DNA of 64,000 nt, taken from assembly GCA_039586365.1 (NCBI GenBank), contig JBDHKN010000003.1, positions 38,275 to 102,274 of the forward strand. Direction: 5' to 3'. A model generated the notes under the pieces. That model saw only the letters and a program-made list of their open reading frames with translations. It made no database searches and was not told the DNA's origin. Made by a program: the position numbers and the translations under genes. Shown here in pieces: positions 28,185 to 38,977 of the stretch; the stretch's first letter is position 1; every line of letters starts with the position of its first letter. Origin of the DNA: Gemmatimonadota bacterium (GTDB lineage: Bacteria; Gemmatimonadota; Gemmatimonadetes; Gemmatimonadales; GWC2-71-9).

Positions 28185-30491
28185 ATGGGAATGACAACTG
28201 CCATCCGAACTGCACGCCTGATACCGGGACTATTCCTCTTCCCGCTAGCTGCATTTGGCCAAGGCAGCCAGGCAGATTACGAGCGGGCTTTCGGTCTCAC
28301 AGAGAGGTTTGCTGGTTTGCTCGTCAACGCGCCGGAGCAGCCGAGTTGGATCGGCGAGACGAGTCGGTTGTGGTACCGGAAGTCAGTGCTTGGAGGAAAC
28401 GAGTTTGTCCTGGTTGACGCAGCAACGCTGGAGAAGCGGGCGGCCTTCGATCACCAGCGGGTGGCGTCAGCGCTGGCTGTGGCGCGCGACACCGTCTATA
28501 CGGCGATTACGCTACCGTTCAGTGCGATCGAGTTCGTGGATGCGGAAGCCGCTATCGAGTTCACCACAGCCGACTCGATCTGGCGCTGCGATTTGGCCAA
28601 CTACGAGTGCCAGAGTCTCAGGCCGGCCCCGCCGCGCCGGCGTGGGTTCTCCGGGGGGCCGCGAGAGGAATCGGATGAGCCCCGGATCTCCCCTGACGGA
28701 CTGTGGGAAGCGTTCATCCGCAACTACAATGTGCACGTGCGGCGAGTTGGCTCCGAAGAGGCAATGGTGCTGAGCATGGATGGTTCCGAGGGCGACTACT
28801 ACGAGCTGCAGTCCATCCAATGGTCGCCCGATTCGAAGCAGCTCGCAGCCTACCGTGTGAAGCCGGGGCATCGGCGTATCGTTCGGTACGTCGAGTCCTC
28901 ACCCGAAGACCAACTGCAGCCCAAATACATGGAGCGGGAGTACGCGAAGCCCGGCGACGTGCTGGACGTTCAGCAGCCGGTGCTGTTCCACATCGATCCC
29001 AAGGCAGAGTTCGTGGTGGAAAACACACTGTTTCCCAACGCCTACCGGAATTCGCAACTGGTGTGGCGAGAGGACAGCCGCGCCTTCACGTTCGAGTACA
29101 ACCAGCGTGGTCATCAGGTATACCGAGTCATCGAGGTTGATGCCGCCAGCGGAACGGCCCGGGCCGTTATCTCTGAGGAACCAAAGACGTTCTTCTACTA
29201 CCGCGATGCCAACGGAAACCAGAGAGATTCCGGCAAGAAGTTCAGATATGACCTGGACGACGGTCGCGAGGTCATTTGGATGTCCGAGCGGGATGGCTGG
29301 AGCCATCTCTATCTGTACGATGGTGTGACTGGAGTGGTGAAACACCAGATCACCCGGGGCAACTGGGTGGTTCGCAACGTGGAGTGGGTGGACGAAGAGA
29401 ATCGCCAGGTCTGGTTTCGGGCGAGCGGCATGTATCCGGGGAAGGATCCGTATTTCCTGCACTACTATCGGATTGACTTCGACGGCACAGGGCTCAGGGC
29501 GCTGACCGAGGCGGACGGGGACCACTCAGTGAGCTTCTCGGCCGATCGTCAGTACTACGTGGATGTATGGTCGCGCGTGGACTTGGCGCCCATCGCCCAG
29601 CTGAGACGCACGGGCGATCAGGAGCTCTTGCTGGAGCTGGAACGGGGGGATGACAGCGCGTTGCTCCAGGCCGGTTGGCGTCCGCCTGAGGTGTTCACGG
29701 CCAAGGGCCGCGACGGCAGAACCGACATCTGGGGTGTGATCTTCCGTCCCACCAACTTCGATCCGGCCATGACCTATCCGGTGATTGAGAACATCTACGC
29801 GGGACCGCAGGGATCGTTCGTGCCGAAGACATTCAGTGTGAACTCGAGTATGCGGGCCCAGTCTGAGCTGGGATTCATCGTGGTGCAGATGGACGGCATG
29901 GGCACTAACAACAGGTCCAAGGCGTTCCACGATGTGGCGTGGAAGAACCTCGGTGACGCGGGTCTTCCCGATAGGATTCTCTGGCACAAGGCTGTGGCGG
30001 CTAGATATCCGTATTACGACATCAGCCGCGTGGGGATATACGGTACCTCCGCAGGCGGCCAGAGCTCGCTGGGCGGGTTGTTGTTCCACCCAGATTTCTA
30101 CAAGGCAGCGGTCTCGGCGGTTGGCTGTCACGACAACCGCATGGACAAGATCTGGTGGAACGAGCTGTGGATGAGTTGGCCGCTCGGTCCCCAATACGAT
30201 GCCTCGTCGAATGTAGTGAATGCTCACCTGCTCCAGGGCCAACTCCTGCTCGTCGTTGGCGAGTTGGACACGAACGTCGATCCGTCTTCGACTCTGCAGG
30301 TGGCAAACGCGCTGATCGAGGCCGATAAGTCCTTCGACTTGCTGTTCATTCCGGGGGCGGGACACGGGTCTGGTGGGCGCTACGGCGAGCGCAAACGGTT
30401 CGACTTTTTCGTGCAGCATCTGTTGGGAGTTGCTCCTCCCGATTGGAATGGCGGCGTTAAGCTGTCTAGTTACGAGGAAAGCTTCGACTGA
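28185..30491 (+). CDS. S9 family dipeptidyl peptidase IV-like protein
   Basis: Signal peptide; 'WSPDS', 'YAGPQ', nucleophile 'GTSAGG', 'ELDTNV', 'PGAGH'. Confidence 0.92.
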   Translation: MGMTTAIRTARLIPGLFLFPLAAFGQGSQADYERAFGLTERFAGLLVNAPEQPSWIGETSRLWYRKSVLGGNEFVLVDAATLEKRAAFDHQRVASALAVARDTVYTAITLPFSAIEFVDAEAAIEFTTADSIWRCDLANYECQSLRPAPPRRRGFSGGPREESDEPRISPDGLWEAFIRNYNVHVRRVGSEEAMVLSMDGSEGDYYELQSIQWSPDSKQLAAYRVKPGHRRIVRYVESSPEDQLQPKYMEREYAKPGDVLDVQQPVLFHIDPKAEFVVENTLFPNAYRNSQLVWREDSRAFTFEYNQRGHQVYRVIEVDAASGTARAVISEEPKTFFYYRDANGNQRDSGKKFRYDLDDGREVIWMSERDGWSHLYLYDGVTGVVKHQITRGNWVVRNVEWVDEENRQVWFRASGMYPGKDPYFLHYYRIDFDGTGLRALTEADGDHSVSFSADRQYYVDVWSRVDLAPIAQLRRTGDQELLLELERGDDSALLQAGWRPPEVFTAKGRDGRTDIWGVIFRPTNFDPAMTYPVIENIYAGPQGSFVPKTFSVNSSMRAQSELGFIVVQMDGMGTNNRSKAFHDVAWKNLGDAGLPDRILWHKAVAARYPYYDISRVGIYGTSAGGQSSLGGLLFHPDFYKAAVSAVGCHDNRMDKIWWNELWMSWPLGPQYDASSNVVNAHLLQGQLLLVVGELDTNVDPSSTLQVANALIEADKSFDLLFIPGAGHGSGGRYGERKRFDFFVQHLLGVAPPDWNGGVKLSSYEESFD

Positions 30492-30762
30492 CTGGTTCCT
30501 CGCTGGCGCTGGGTTTCCGATGGTCGGTGCTTCAACTATGGAGTCAGCTGTGAGGTCCGGACGCAGAAGACCATTGAAGCTGGATGCCAGCCGCGGGTAT
30601 CCATAGCGGCGCCTCGCCTGACATCGCTTGCCGCCCGGTGTGCTTGGGTGCACTTTGGGCTAGGTGTAACTGACAGCTCTTAGGCCAAAGCCGACGCCTC
30701 CAAACAGGATGTGTGGCGGCAGTCCTCCCCGAGGCGAACGAAAGGCAGAAAGGAGCCGTGCC

Positions 30763-31740
30763 ATGTCCGGTAACGTCAGCCGACGTTCTTTCATCAAACA
30801 AGGCGCCGTTGTGGGAGCTTCGTCGCTCCTAGGTGCCGGTATGCTGTCCTGTCGGGGCCGGGAGGATCAACCTGCGGCTGATGAGGAAACCCAGGCGGCC
30901 GAGACCGAACCGAGGCCGAATGCTATCTCCGTTATCACTGGAGATCGCTATTTCGACAATACGATTGTTGCCGTCGAGCAGATTGGCGGAATGGGGCAGT
31001 TCGTGTCGGAGGGTTCCAGAGTGGCGGTTCTAGCCAACCCGCAAAGGAACAATCCCGGAGCCTTCACGCGACCTGCTATCGTGGCCGCCATTGTCCGTAT
31101 GTGCCGGGAAGCCGGAGCCGAACAGGTGGCGTGTCTCAGTTGGCAACCTGAACAGAACTGGGAGAATACTGGCATCGCGCAGGCCATCAGCGACGAGGGG
31201 GCCGACCTCGTCATCGTAAACCAAAGGGATGAGTCGTTGTTCAATCTGGTACCGGTTCCCAAAGGCGTCGCGTTGAAGGAAGCTCGTCTCATGGCGGAAC
31301 TCGCCAACTATGACGTTCTCATCGATGTGCCGATCACAAAAGACCACGCCGGAAACAAATTCACCGGTACTCTAAAGAACTTCATGGGCTTGAACTCACC
31401 GCAGTCGAACCAGTTCTTCCATCAAGAGAATTGGACTACCGACATCGGTGCGATCACCCACCTCGAGCAGTGTATTGCTGATTTGAATACGGTTATTACT
31501 CCCGACTTATGCGTGGTGGATGCCACGGAACTCATTACCACCAACGGCCCCTTCGGTCCGGGCGAGTTGGTGAGACCGCAAAAGATCGTTGCAGGTACCG
31601 ATCGTGTAGCCATTGACGCCTACTGCTGCACCCTGTGGGGACTAGCGCCCCACGACATCATCGCGATTAACAAGGCATTCGAACATGGACTGGGTGAGAT
31701 CGATCTCAGTAAGGTACAAATCAAGGAAATTCAGGTCTGA
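30763..31740 (+). CDS. DUF362 domain protein with Tat signal
   Basis: 'SRRSFIK' Tat motif; 'IGGMGQFV', 'IDVPITKDH', 'TLKNFMG', 'DRVAIDAY'. Confidence 0.85.
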   Translation: MSGNVSRRSFIKQGAVVGASSLLGAGMLSCRGREDQPAADEETQAAETEPRPNAISVITGDRYFDNTIVAVEQIGGMGQFVSEGSRVAVLANPQRNNPGAFTRPAIVAAIVRMCREAGAEQVACLSWQPEQNWENTGIAQAISDEGADLVIVNQRDESLFNLVPVPKGVALKEARLMAELANYDVLIDVPITKDHAGNKFTGTLKNFMGLNSPQSNQFFHQENWTTDIGAITHLEQCIADLNTVITPDLCVVDATELITTNGPFGPGELVRPQKIVAGTDRVAIDAYCCTLWGLAPHDIIAINKAFEHGLGEIDLSKVQIKEIQV

Positions 31741-31756
31741 GGTCGCCGGTACAGGA

Positions 31757-32698
31757 ATGGTGCCAAGAACTAGGCAGGCGTTACGGTACTACCCCGTACT
31801 GCTGTCGACGGTAGGTTGCATCATCAGCTGCTCGAGCCAGAAGACAGCGGAGAGTAGTTTCTTGTCTCACCTGCCGCAGAGCGGTGAGGCCGATGGATGG
31901 AGCCCGGCCGAGCCGCCGCAGCACGTGGCGGGTGAAGATCTTTTCCTTCTCATCAACGGCGGGGCGGAGATATATCACGAGTACGGATTCGAACAGGCCG
32001 CGGTCCTGTCCTATTCAGACGATGACGATCGGTCTCTCAACCTGGAAGTCTACGAGATGAAAGATCCTGCTGGCGCTTACGGGATCTTCACATTCAAGCG
32101 AGGAAACAGCTGTCAAAGCCTCGACATCGGTGACGGGTCCTGTTTGCAGGACTACTACCTCAATCTCTGGAAAGGGCGTTACTTGATCACGGTGATCGGA
32201 TTCGACACGGAACAGGAGACCCGTGACGGATTGATATCACTGGCTCGATCGGTAGCCAAGAAGATAGACGCAGCTGGCAACCGACCGCCGATCTTGGCAT
32301 GGTTGCCTCGCGAAGAGCTCGATGAGACGTCCATTCGGTACTTGAGAGGAAACCTGGCACTGTTTCGTACCTACGAGTTCGGCACTGGCAACGTCTTCGG
32401 TGTGACGGAAGGTGTCACGGCGAGGGTCGGGGAGCAAATGGTCTTTGCCTTCCGATACTCGAATGAAAGCGAGGCCTCTAGCTGGTTCGACAACGCTTTC
32501 GAGCAGTTGTCCCAGAGCGAGAAGTTCCGCAACGTCGCAAAGCGAGACGGGACCTTACTGGCACTGGATGCAAACGACCAGCACCTCGCGGGAACTCACC
32601 ATCAGAACTGCATTGTGTTGGTACTGGGCGACGAGCCCCAAGCCCTGGCCGAGACACTGGAAATCCTGAAGCAGCGGATCAGCAATCACGTGAGCTAA
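31757..32698 (+). CDS. DUF6599-like lipoprotein
   Basis: 'IISC' lipobox; 'DLFLLINGGAEIYHEYGF', 'EVYEM....AYGIF', 'WKGRY'. Confidence 0.7.
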   Translation: MVPRTRQALRYYPVLLSTVGCIISCSSQKTAESSFLSHLPQSGEADGWSPAEPPQHVAGEDLFLLINGGAEIYHEYGFEQAAVLSYSDDDDRSLNLEVYEMKDPAGAYGIFTFKRGNSCQSLDIGDGSCLQDYYLNLWKGRYLITVIGFDTEQETRDGLISLARSVAKKIDAAGNRPPILAWLPREELDETSIRYLRGNLALFRTYEFGTGNVFGVTEGVTARVGEQMVFAFRYSNESEASSWFDNAFEQLSQSEKFRNVAKRDGTLLALDANDQHLAGTHHQNCIVLVLGDEPQALAETLEILKQRISNHVS

Positions 32699-33084
32699 GG
32701 GGCGGGCTTGACCGGGGACGCGCAGCAGCTCGTGTCCCGCTTGAGGTGCCCTCCTAGGGTTTCTGCCGTCATCATCCTGAGAATCGTGGTTCTTTCTGTC
32801 CGCCTCTAGGTAGTCGTCTGGGTAATTCGCGTGGGTGAGGTGGATTGCAGTCCGACCACTCCCCTGGGGCCTGCCGCGCTACGAAGATCCCAAGGCCCCC
32901 GACTCGGAAGGTCTCACCGTGCAATCACTTGCAGGATTTCGGGGTCTGCTAGGCTGGCCGCGTGACCCGGTGCAGCCGTCACGCTGGACGGGCGGTGGAA
33001 CAATTTGGCGGGTAAAGGGGTTTCCTGGTCCTGTGGAACATTCTCAGGTACGAAGCATGACCGAAACGATGGAAAGGAAACCGC

Positions 33085-34035
33085 ATGGCTGAGAAGAAGA
33101 TCATTGCTGTGGTAGGTGCAACCGGCGCTCAGGGTGGCAGCTTGGCGCGCGCCATCCTCAACGACAAGGACTCACCTTTTGCAGTGCGCGCACTCACGAG
33201 AAACGTGAATTCCGACAAAGCGAAAGCCCTTGCGGCACTGGGGGCAGAGGTCGTACAGGCTGACGTCGATGACGTGGAGAGTCTGAAGATCGCATTCGCC
33301 GGAGCTTACGGAGCTTTTTGCGTGACGTTTTTCTGGGAGCACTTCTCGCCGGAACGGGAAGCCGCGCAGGCCAAAGCCATGGCTCAGGCAGCCAAACATG
33401 TCGGCCTGCGGCATGTTGTCTGGTCCACTCTGGAGGACACGCGCAAATGGGTGCCGCTCAGCGATACCCGTATGCCCACGCTGATGGAGAAGTACAAGGT
33501 CCCGCATTTCGACGCCAAGGGCGAGGCAAACCAGTCCTTCGAGGAGTTGGGTGTGCCGACGACGCTGCTCCATACATCGTTCTACTGGGACAATCTCATC
33601 TACTTCGGAATGGGTCCCAAGAAGGGACCGGACGGCAAGCTGGCATTCACGCTACCCATGGGCGACAAGAAGCTGCCTGGTATTGCCGCGGAAGACATTG
33701 GCAGGAGCGCATACGGTATCTTCAAGCGGGGAGACGAGTTCGTAGGTAAGACGGTGGGTATCGCTGGCGAACACTTGACCGGCGCACAGATGGCGGCTGC
33801 GCTCACGACGGCGCTAGGTGAACCAGTCGACTATAATGAGGTCTCACCCGAAGCGTACCGCAGCTTTGGTTTCCCGGGTGCTGAGGATATGGGGAACATG
33901 TTCCAGTTCAAACGCGATTTTGAGCAGTACTATTGCGGAGCGCGCGACCTCACAGCTACGCGCGACCTCAATCCCTCGCTCCAGACCTTCGACGCATGGC
34001 TGGCGGATAACAAGAACCGGATTCCACTCGAGTAG
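33085..34035 (+). CDS. NmrA/HSCARG family NAD(P)-binding protein
   Basis: 'IAVVGATGAQGG', 'VRALTRN', 'VVWSTLED', 'VPHFDAK'. Confidence 0.93.
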   Translation: MAEKKIIAVVGATGAQGGSLARAILNDKDSPFAVRALTRNVNSDKAKALAALGAEVVQADVDDVESLKIAFAGAYGAFCVTFFWEHFSPEREAAQAKAMAQAAKHVGLRHVVWSTLEDTRKWVPLSDTRMPTLMEKYKVPHFDAKGEANQSFEELGVPTTLLHTSFYWDNLIYFGMGPKKGPDGKLAFTLPMGDKKLPGIAAEDIGRSAYGIFKRGDEFVGKTVGIAGEHLTGAQMAAALTTALGEPVDYNEVSPEAYRSFGFPGAEDMGNMFQFKRDFEQYYCGARDLTATRDLNPSLQTFDAWLADNKNRIPLE

Positions 34036-34072
34036 GGAGCAGTGGATTCGAGCGGCCAGCTGCAGAGGCCAG

Positions 34073-34112
34073 GCGACCCGAGGCTCGCTCGCGATCCTCG
34101 GGTCGCTGTTTC
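34073..34112 (+). terminator. Probable intrinsic terminator
   Basis: 11-bp perfect stem gcgacccgagg/cctcgggtcgc followed by tgtttc, downstream of the NmrA gene. Confidence 0.65.
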
Positions 34113-34229
34113 ACGCCATCGCGTCTCACCAATCTTCGGCCAGATACGGCAACTCCCCGCACCGCCAAGCTCTGCCGCAGCTTCCGAGTTCTTCACCTGT
34201 GTGGGACTATGATGGCCTGAGCTGAGAGG

Positions 34230-34808
34230 TCAGCGGTTGCCGGCCAACCCCCGTCTGTCGCGGAGCGTGCGCCGCTCGACCGGAGACCGGCGATCCAGGT
34301 TGTTCCTGCGCTCTTGGCCCGAGCGACGGCCGCTGCTGTTACGCTGACGGCGTCTGACCTGCCGTCGGTCGTCGCTGGATCTGCACTCACGGCCCCAGCG
34401 CCGATCGGCCAGTCGCCTGCGTTGTTTCCGGCGCTGCTCTCGGAACCCCGGTTTCACCGCCGGTCTGGACGCGGCCTGTGTGGTCCCGGAGGTCGCTCCC
34501 ATCCGGCGGCGCCCGAATGCAGCGAGCTCAATTGCGGCCAGTTGGCGCTGGATCGACGAAGCGGCGTCAACCGACAGATCGTGCGAGTGCCGGCGGCACC
34601 AGGCACGCAGCGCGTTGACCAGGGCCGCCGTCGTATCTCTGGATCGCAGTCGCCCGACCCGTGCCATCAAGGGGATCCTCTCGAGCCAGCGCTCGGCATC
34701 AGCGACTGTCTGCAGCGGGCCGAGTTCTCTTTGGGCTTCCCGTGCCGTGAGGGGTTTCGCCCATTGGGGTTGGGTAGGTTTTCCTTGACGGTCAGATAGG
34801 TCGGTCAT
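34230..34808 (-). CDS. Hypothetical protein with Arg-rich (D/E)RR-repeat C-terminus
   Basis: Helical core 'LGPLQTVADAERWLERI...ALRAW'; tail 'DRR...GRRSGQERR..LDRRSPVERR.LRDRR'. Confidence 0.55.
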   Translation of the reverse strand: MTDLSDRQGKPTQPQWAKPLTAREAQRELGPLQTVADAERWLERIPLMARVGRLRSRDTTAALVNALRAWCRRHSHDLSVDAASSIQRQLAAIELAAFGRRRMGATSGTTQAASRPAVKPGFREQRRKQRRRLADRRWGRECRSSDDRRQVRRRQRNSSGRRSGQERRNNLDRRSPVERRTLRDRRGLAGNR

Positions 34809-34834
34809 AGGTGGCTGTAATATAGCGACTCGGT

Positions 34835-35503
34835 TCAGGCGCAAGCCTGCTTCGATACCTTCTTGCCAATTGCGAATATTCTCTCACTGGCAATTTCAAA
34901 ATCATAGGGATTTCGCGATTCCAGGAACTCGACGAAGAAATCTGTCTGTTCGAAGTAGGCAGCAATCTCCTGCGTCGAGAATAGCGTGAAGTATATCTCG
35001 GCGCTGATACCCAACAGATCGTCAACGTAACCCTCCGTCGTACCTGCCTTGGCCGCAATCAGCAAGTGACCGTTTCGCTTCAGGGTCCTGTGAAACTCAC
35101 TGAAGATTCTGGGCACGTATCGTTTGGGAGTATCGATGATCGAATAGTAGGCAACGATTCCATCGAACGTACCGTCTTCAAAGGGCAACTGGCTGATATC
35201 GCCACGTTCGACTCTCATGTCGGGGTTGTGATTCCGGGCCAACTCAACACATCTATCCGCTATGTCGACAGCAACAACTTGCATCCCCTTGTCGAATAGA
35301 TATCTGCCGATATGTGCTGTTGGCCCGCAGCCGGCGTCGCAGATCACTGCATTCTCAGTGAATCTCGCCGCGAAGGAATCGAGGAGTCGTCGGTCATACT
35401 CCTTGTCTCTCAGTTCATCATGGAACAGGTCATGATAGCGTTGCGCTGCCAGATTGTACGCGCGCCTGGTCTTTGAGTTTACTGATTCAAGAGACTCCGT
35501 CAC
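34835..35503 (-). CDS. Class I SAM-dependent methyltransferase
   Basis: Motif I 'ICDAGCGP', 'VAVDI', 'GDISQLPFEDGTFDGI', 'EFHRTLK.NG.L'. Confidence 0.9.
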   Translation of the reverse strand: MTESLESVNSKTRRAYNLAAQRYHDLFHDELRDKEYDRRLLDSFAARFTENAVICDAGCGPTAHIGRYLFDKGMQVVAVDIADRCVELARNHNPDMRVERGDISQLPFEDGTFDGIVAYYSIIDTPKRYVPRIFSEFHRTLKRNGHLLIAAKAGTTEGYVDDLLGISAEIYFTLFSTQEIAAYFEQTDFFVEFLESRNPYDFEIASERIFAIGKKVSKQACA

Positions 35504-35697
35504 CTCGCGCTTCGCACCTAGCAGAGTGACTATTGGCGAGCGGCGCCGCCGGAGCCAACAAGCCGCTGACGTGCTGACTCGCTCACGAGGTGGTCTTGAG
35601 AGCACATGCTAGTACGAAGCGCCGTACCGGGAAGGTTAGTCCGGAGTGAACGTGCCGAGCGCCGCGAGACAGCTAGGAAGCTGAACCACACCCGAGA

Positions 35698-36081
35698 TTA
35701 TCGATCTGCCGCGGTCCAGCGGCGGTCGGAATGGCTACGGCGATCGGCGAACACTGACTTCCAAATGTTGCGGCGCTCCCGCCCAGACCTGCGCTCAGCT
35801 GCACGGGCGAAGAGCCGACCGAGGCCGTCGGCCGAATTCCAGTCATCATTCCAATCAACGATTGCGACCCGTTCCTCACCCTGGTACTCAAACACAACCG
35901 CCAGCTTGTGTGACCATTCCCACTGCTCTCGAGACCACCAAGCGCCGACCGAACTGCGCCGATACACGGACACAATCCACCTGTTGCCCTCGTCATCGGT
36001 GAAGACAATCCCGGCCTTGGTCAGGCCTCGCCTGGCGGCACTTGGCTTGCGTCTCCTGGAGCTAATGGAAAACCATCTCAT
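35698..36081 (-). CDS. Hypothetical protein with ERR/DRR tail
   Basis: 'FTDDEGNRWIV...VFE...EERVA...DW...LGRLFARA' then 'ERRSGRERR...DRRSHSDRR'. Confidence 0.6.
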   Translation of the reverse strand: MRWFSISSRRRKPSAARRGLTKAGIVFTDDEGNRWIVSVYRRSSVGAWWSREQWEWSHKLAVVFEYQGEERVAIVDWNDDWNSADGLGRLFARAAERRSGRERRNIWKSVFADRRSHSDRRWTAADR

Positions 36082-36279
36082 ATTCGGACCCTAAGAAGTT
36101 CCACACGCATGCTCGAACATGTTGTTGGTCGTCGGCACACCCGTCTCGCTCACGAAGCAATTGTCCAACGCAAGCCAAAATTTACCGCCGATCCACTTGG
36201 CGGCTAGGTCCGTTCTGTGGCGGTAGGTCTTGCCGGGAAACTTGGCGTACCGGGAAGGCAGGTCGGCTCCGGGCTCCTG

Positions 36280-36936
36280 CTACTTCAACCCATTCTTCGC
36301 CTTGAACGTGGCCCACTCGCGCTTGAGCTTCAAGAACTCCTCGATGCTGCCCATCCTGAGGAGAAACGGATTGGTCATCTTCTCCAATGCGATGCTCGAG
36401 GCGGGTCTACAGCCGACATCGTGCCCGGGCCAGATGGTCACGTCGTCCGGGAGCCTGTCGAGTGTTTTCTGCAGGCTATCGTACTGGGTCCTCGCGGCAC
36501 GCTCCGTTCCTGTACCGCCGATCTTCCCCACGAATAGATGATCGCCAGTCATGGCGACACGCTGTTCCTCCAGGTAGACCACAATGTGGTCGTCACAATG
36601 GCCGGGGACGTGGATCATCTCGAGAGTCAGCGAGCCGAGAGTCAGGATCTGCCCGTCGTCCACGGCTAGGTCAGGTTGCACGGCCGAGCCCCGGTAGGCG
36701 ACGATCTGGGCGTCGGTCAGCTGCTTGGCCTCCGAATTCCCGTTGGTGTGATCGGAATGGCCGTGAGTATTGATGATGTACCGGGTGCGGAGACCTTGCG
36801 CCTCCGTTCGATCGACTACGGCTTTAGGATCGTAGGAAGGATCCACCAGTGCTGCGATCTTGGCCTCTCGGTCGCCGATGACGTAGGCGAGATTTCTGTC
36901 ACCACCGGTTCGTATCTGTTCGAAGATGAATCTCAT
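36280..36936 (-). CDS. MBL-fold hydrolase (glyoxalase II-like)
   Basis: 'NTHGHSDH', 'PGH', 'TGDHLFVG', 'WPGH', 'EKMTNPF'. Confidence 0.92.
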   Translation of the reverse strand: MRFIFEQIRTGGDRNLAYVIGDREAKIAALVDPSYDPKAVVDRTEAQGLRTRYIINTHGHSDHTNGNSEAKQLTDAQIVAYRGSAVQPDLAVDDGQILTLGSLTLEMIHVPGHCDDHIVVYLEEQRVAMTGDHLFVGKIGGTGTERAARTQYDSLQKTLDRLPDDVTIWPGHDVGCRPASSIALEKMTNPFLLRMGSIEEFLKLKREWATFKAKNGLK

Positions 36937-37284
36937 GAGTCCCAATTACGCAGTCAGAAAAACAAAAGCAAGGGGTCTTTTTGGCTTGGCACCGGCAGTC
37001 TTGTTGCCGGTATGTCTGTTCTGCCCGACTACCAATCTCTAGCTTAGTACGTCGAGATCACCGGGCAGCGGTGTGGCCGGCCGACCTGTTGGAACGTAGC
37101 GAGACCGCTTATAAGGCCGCGCGACGTCCAGGTGCCTTGGATCGGGAGGACCCGGCGGTGTCTCTAGACGAGTCGAGCGACGGACGTGGCTCCTCGGTCG
37201 GACCGGAATCGTGATGGTACAATCCGGCACTAGCTGCTAGCGTTACTTCGGTCATGCGCACAAAGAGAAAGAGGATTGATCAAG

Positions 37285-38802
37285 ATGCATTGTCGAGGAT
37301 TTCTCGTTCCTATCGTGAATCTAGTGATGGTGGCGGCGCTGAGCGGCCAAGAACCCGAACAGGGAACACGAGTGCCGACGAAACCCGCCGTCGCAGATCC
37401 GGTGACCTTCGTTACGCAGCACGAGGGTAGCTTCAACGGCCGCAACGTCAGGTATACTGCGACAGCCAGTGAGATACATCTGACGAATGATCGTGAGGAA
37501 CCGACAGCGAGTATTTGGTCGGTTGCCTACACTCTGGATGGGGCCGAGGCTGATCGTCCAGTAACATTCGTGTTCAATGGAGGTCCCGGTTCCGCTTCTG
37601 TTTGGCTTCACATGGGACTGTTTGGGCCCCGCCGCATGCAGGTCCCGAGCAATGCCGATGCGGATGACGGTGCTGCCCCCTATCCACTCGTCCCCAACCC
37701 ACACAGTCCACTCGATGCGACCGACCTGGTTTTCATCGATCCGGTGGGCACGGGGTACAGTCGGGCGGTGGGTGACTCGAAGGACGAGGAGTTCTGGGGT
37801 CTCACCCCGGATGCCCAGTCGATTGCCCAGTTCATCCGCAAGTGGATCACGGCGAACCGTCGCTGGAACTCGCCACGGTACATTGCCGGTGAGAGCTTCG
37901 GCACGACCCGGGCTGCCGCCGTGGCCACCGCCCTCGCGGGAGACGGCCAGGATGTGGCGCTAAACGGGCTCATCCTGATTTCACAGGCGCTCGACTACAC
38001 TGGGTCGACTCCGGTCCACGACAACTTGATCGCGTACGTGACCTACTTGCCCACGATGGCCGCGACGGCACGGTATCATGGTAGGGCTGGTTTGGACCAG
38101 AGCTTGGAAGAGTTCATGGAGTCCGCGCGGCGATTCGCGGTCGATGAATACGCGCCTGCCCTGTTCAAGGGGAATGGCCTGAGCGACGGTGAGCGTAATC
38201 GGGTCGCGGCACGATTGGCGGATTTCATTGGTCTGGACGAGGCTTACATCCTGCGATCAGACCTCCGCGTGCTGGCACCGCGCTTCCTCAAGGAACTTCT
38301 GCGGGATCGTGGCGTGTCTCTTGGCCGGTTGGATGCCCGTTACGTCCGGGACGACATCGACGACGCTGCCGAGCGACCAGAAGGTGATGGGGCCAGCGAG
38401 GCAATAACCAGCGCATATACGGCAGGACTCAATCACTATTTGGCGACCCAACTGCAAGTGAAGATGGGCCGGCCCTACCGCACCTCGAACAGGGCTCTCA
38501 GCCGCAGCTGGCGGTGGCGACCAGTGCCGGAAGGGCAGTCCTGGGAGCCGTCATACGTGAATGTGGCGCGAGGACTCGCCGCAGCAATGCGACGCAACTC
38601 CGATCTCAAGGTGTTAGTGGCCAACGGCTACTACGATTTTGCCACGCCCTTCTTCGACGCTGAGTACACCTTTGCGCGGCACGGGATGCTGAAGGACCGT
38701 GTCACCATGAAGTATTACGAGGCGGGCCATATGATGTATGTGCACGAGCCCGACCTCGAGAGATTGGCAGCGGATATCAGGCAGTTCCTGGCTCAGCGTT
38801 GA
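37285..38802 (+). CDS. S10 family serine carboxypeptidase, exported
   Basis: 'FVFNGGPGSAS', 'DLVFIDPVGTGYS', 'GESFG', 'GYYDFATP', 'YEAGHMMY'. Confidence 0.93.
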   Translation: MHCRGFLVPIVNLVMVAALSGQEPEQGTRVPTKPAVADPVTFVTQHEGSFNGRNVRYTATASEIHLTNDREEPTASIWSVAYTLDGAEADRPVTFVFNGGPGSASVWLHMGLFGPRRMQVPSNADADDGAAPYPLVPNPHSPLDATDLVFIDPVGTGYSRAVGDSKDEEFWGLTPDAQSIAQFIRKWITANRRWNSPRYIAGESFGTTRAAAVATALAGDGQDVALNGLILISQALDYTGSTPVHDNLIAYVTYLPTMAATARYHGRAGLDQSLEEFMESARRFAVDEYAPALFKGNGLSDGERNRVAARLADFIGLDEAYILRSDLRVLAPRFLKELLRDRGVSLGRLDARYVRDDIDDAAERPEGDGASEAITSAYTAGLNHYLATQLQVKMGRPYRTSNRALSRSWRWRPVPEGQSWEPSYVNVARGLAAAMRRNSDLKVLVANGYYDFATPFFDAEYTFARHGMLKDRVTMKYYEAGHMMYVHEPDLERLAADIRQFLAQR

Positions 38803-38895
38803 TTGCGGCTAGGGGACAAGTCACATCTTGGGCGGTTTTCATCTGATCGGTGATGCTCTATTCGCTTGTCTCATCCGAGCCGCCCCAGTATTAAC

Positions 38896-38936
38896 CCAGA
38901 GAACAGCCCCGAGCGCCGCCGGGGGCTGTTTTCTGG
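38896..38936. terminator. Hairpin between convergent genes, probable terminator
   Basis: ccagagaacagcccc / ggggctgttttctgg, 15-bp stem with one G-U pair. Confidence 0.6.
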
Positions 38937-38977
38937 CCAGCTGGAGCAACTGCCTCCTGCTGGTGCAAGCCGTGCAA

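Noticed and set aside
29526..30653. Long antisense ORFs (also 18621-19460, 15008-15808, 55709-56356)
   Set aside because: Shadow frames of well-supported genes on the opposite strand, expected in GC-rich DNA.
37043..37143. Imperfect long hairpin reminiscent of an integron attC site
   Set aside because: No intact RYYYAAC/GTTRRRY ends, no integrase and no regular cassette array; at most a decayed remnant.
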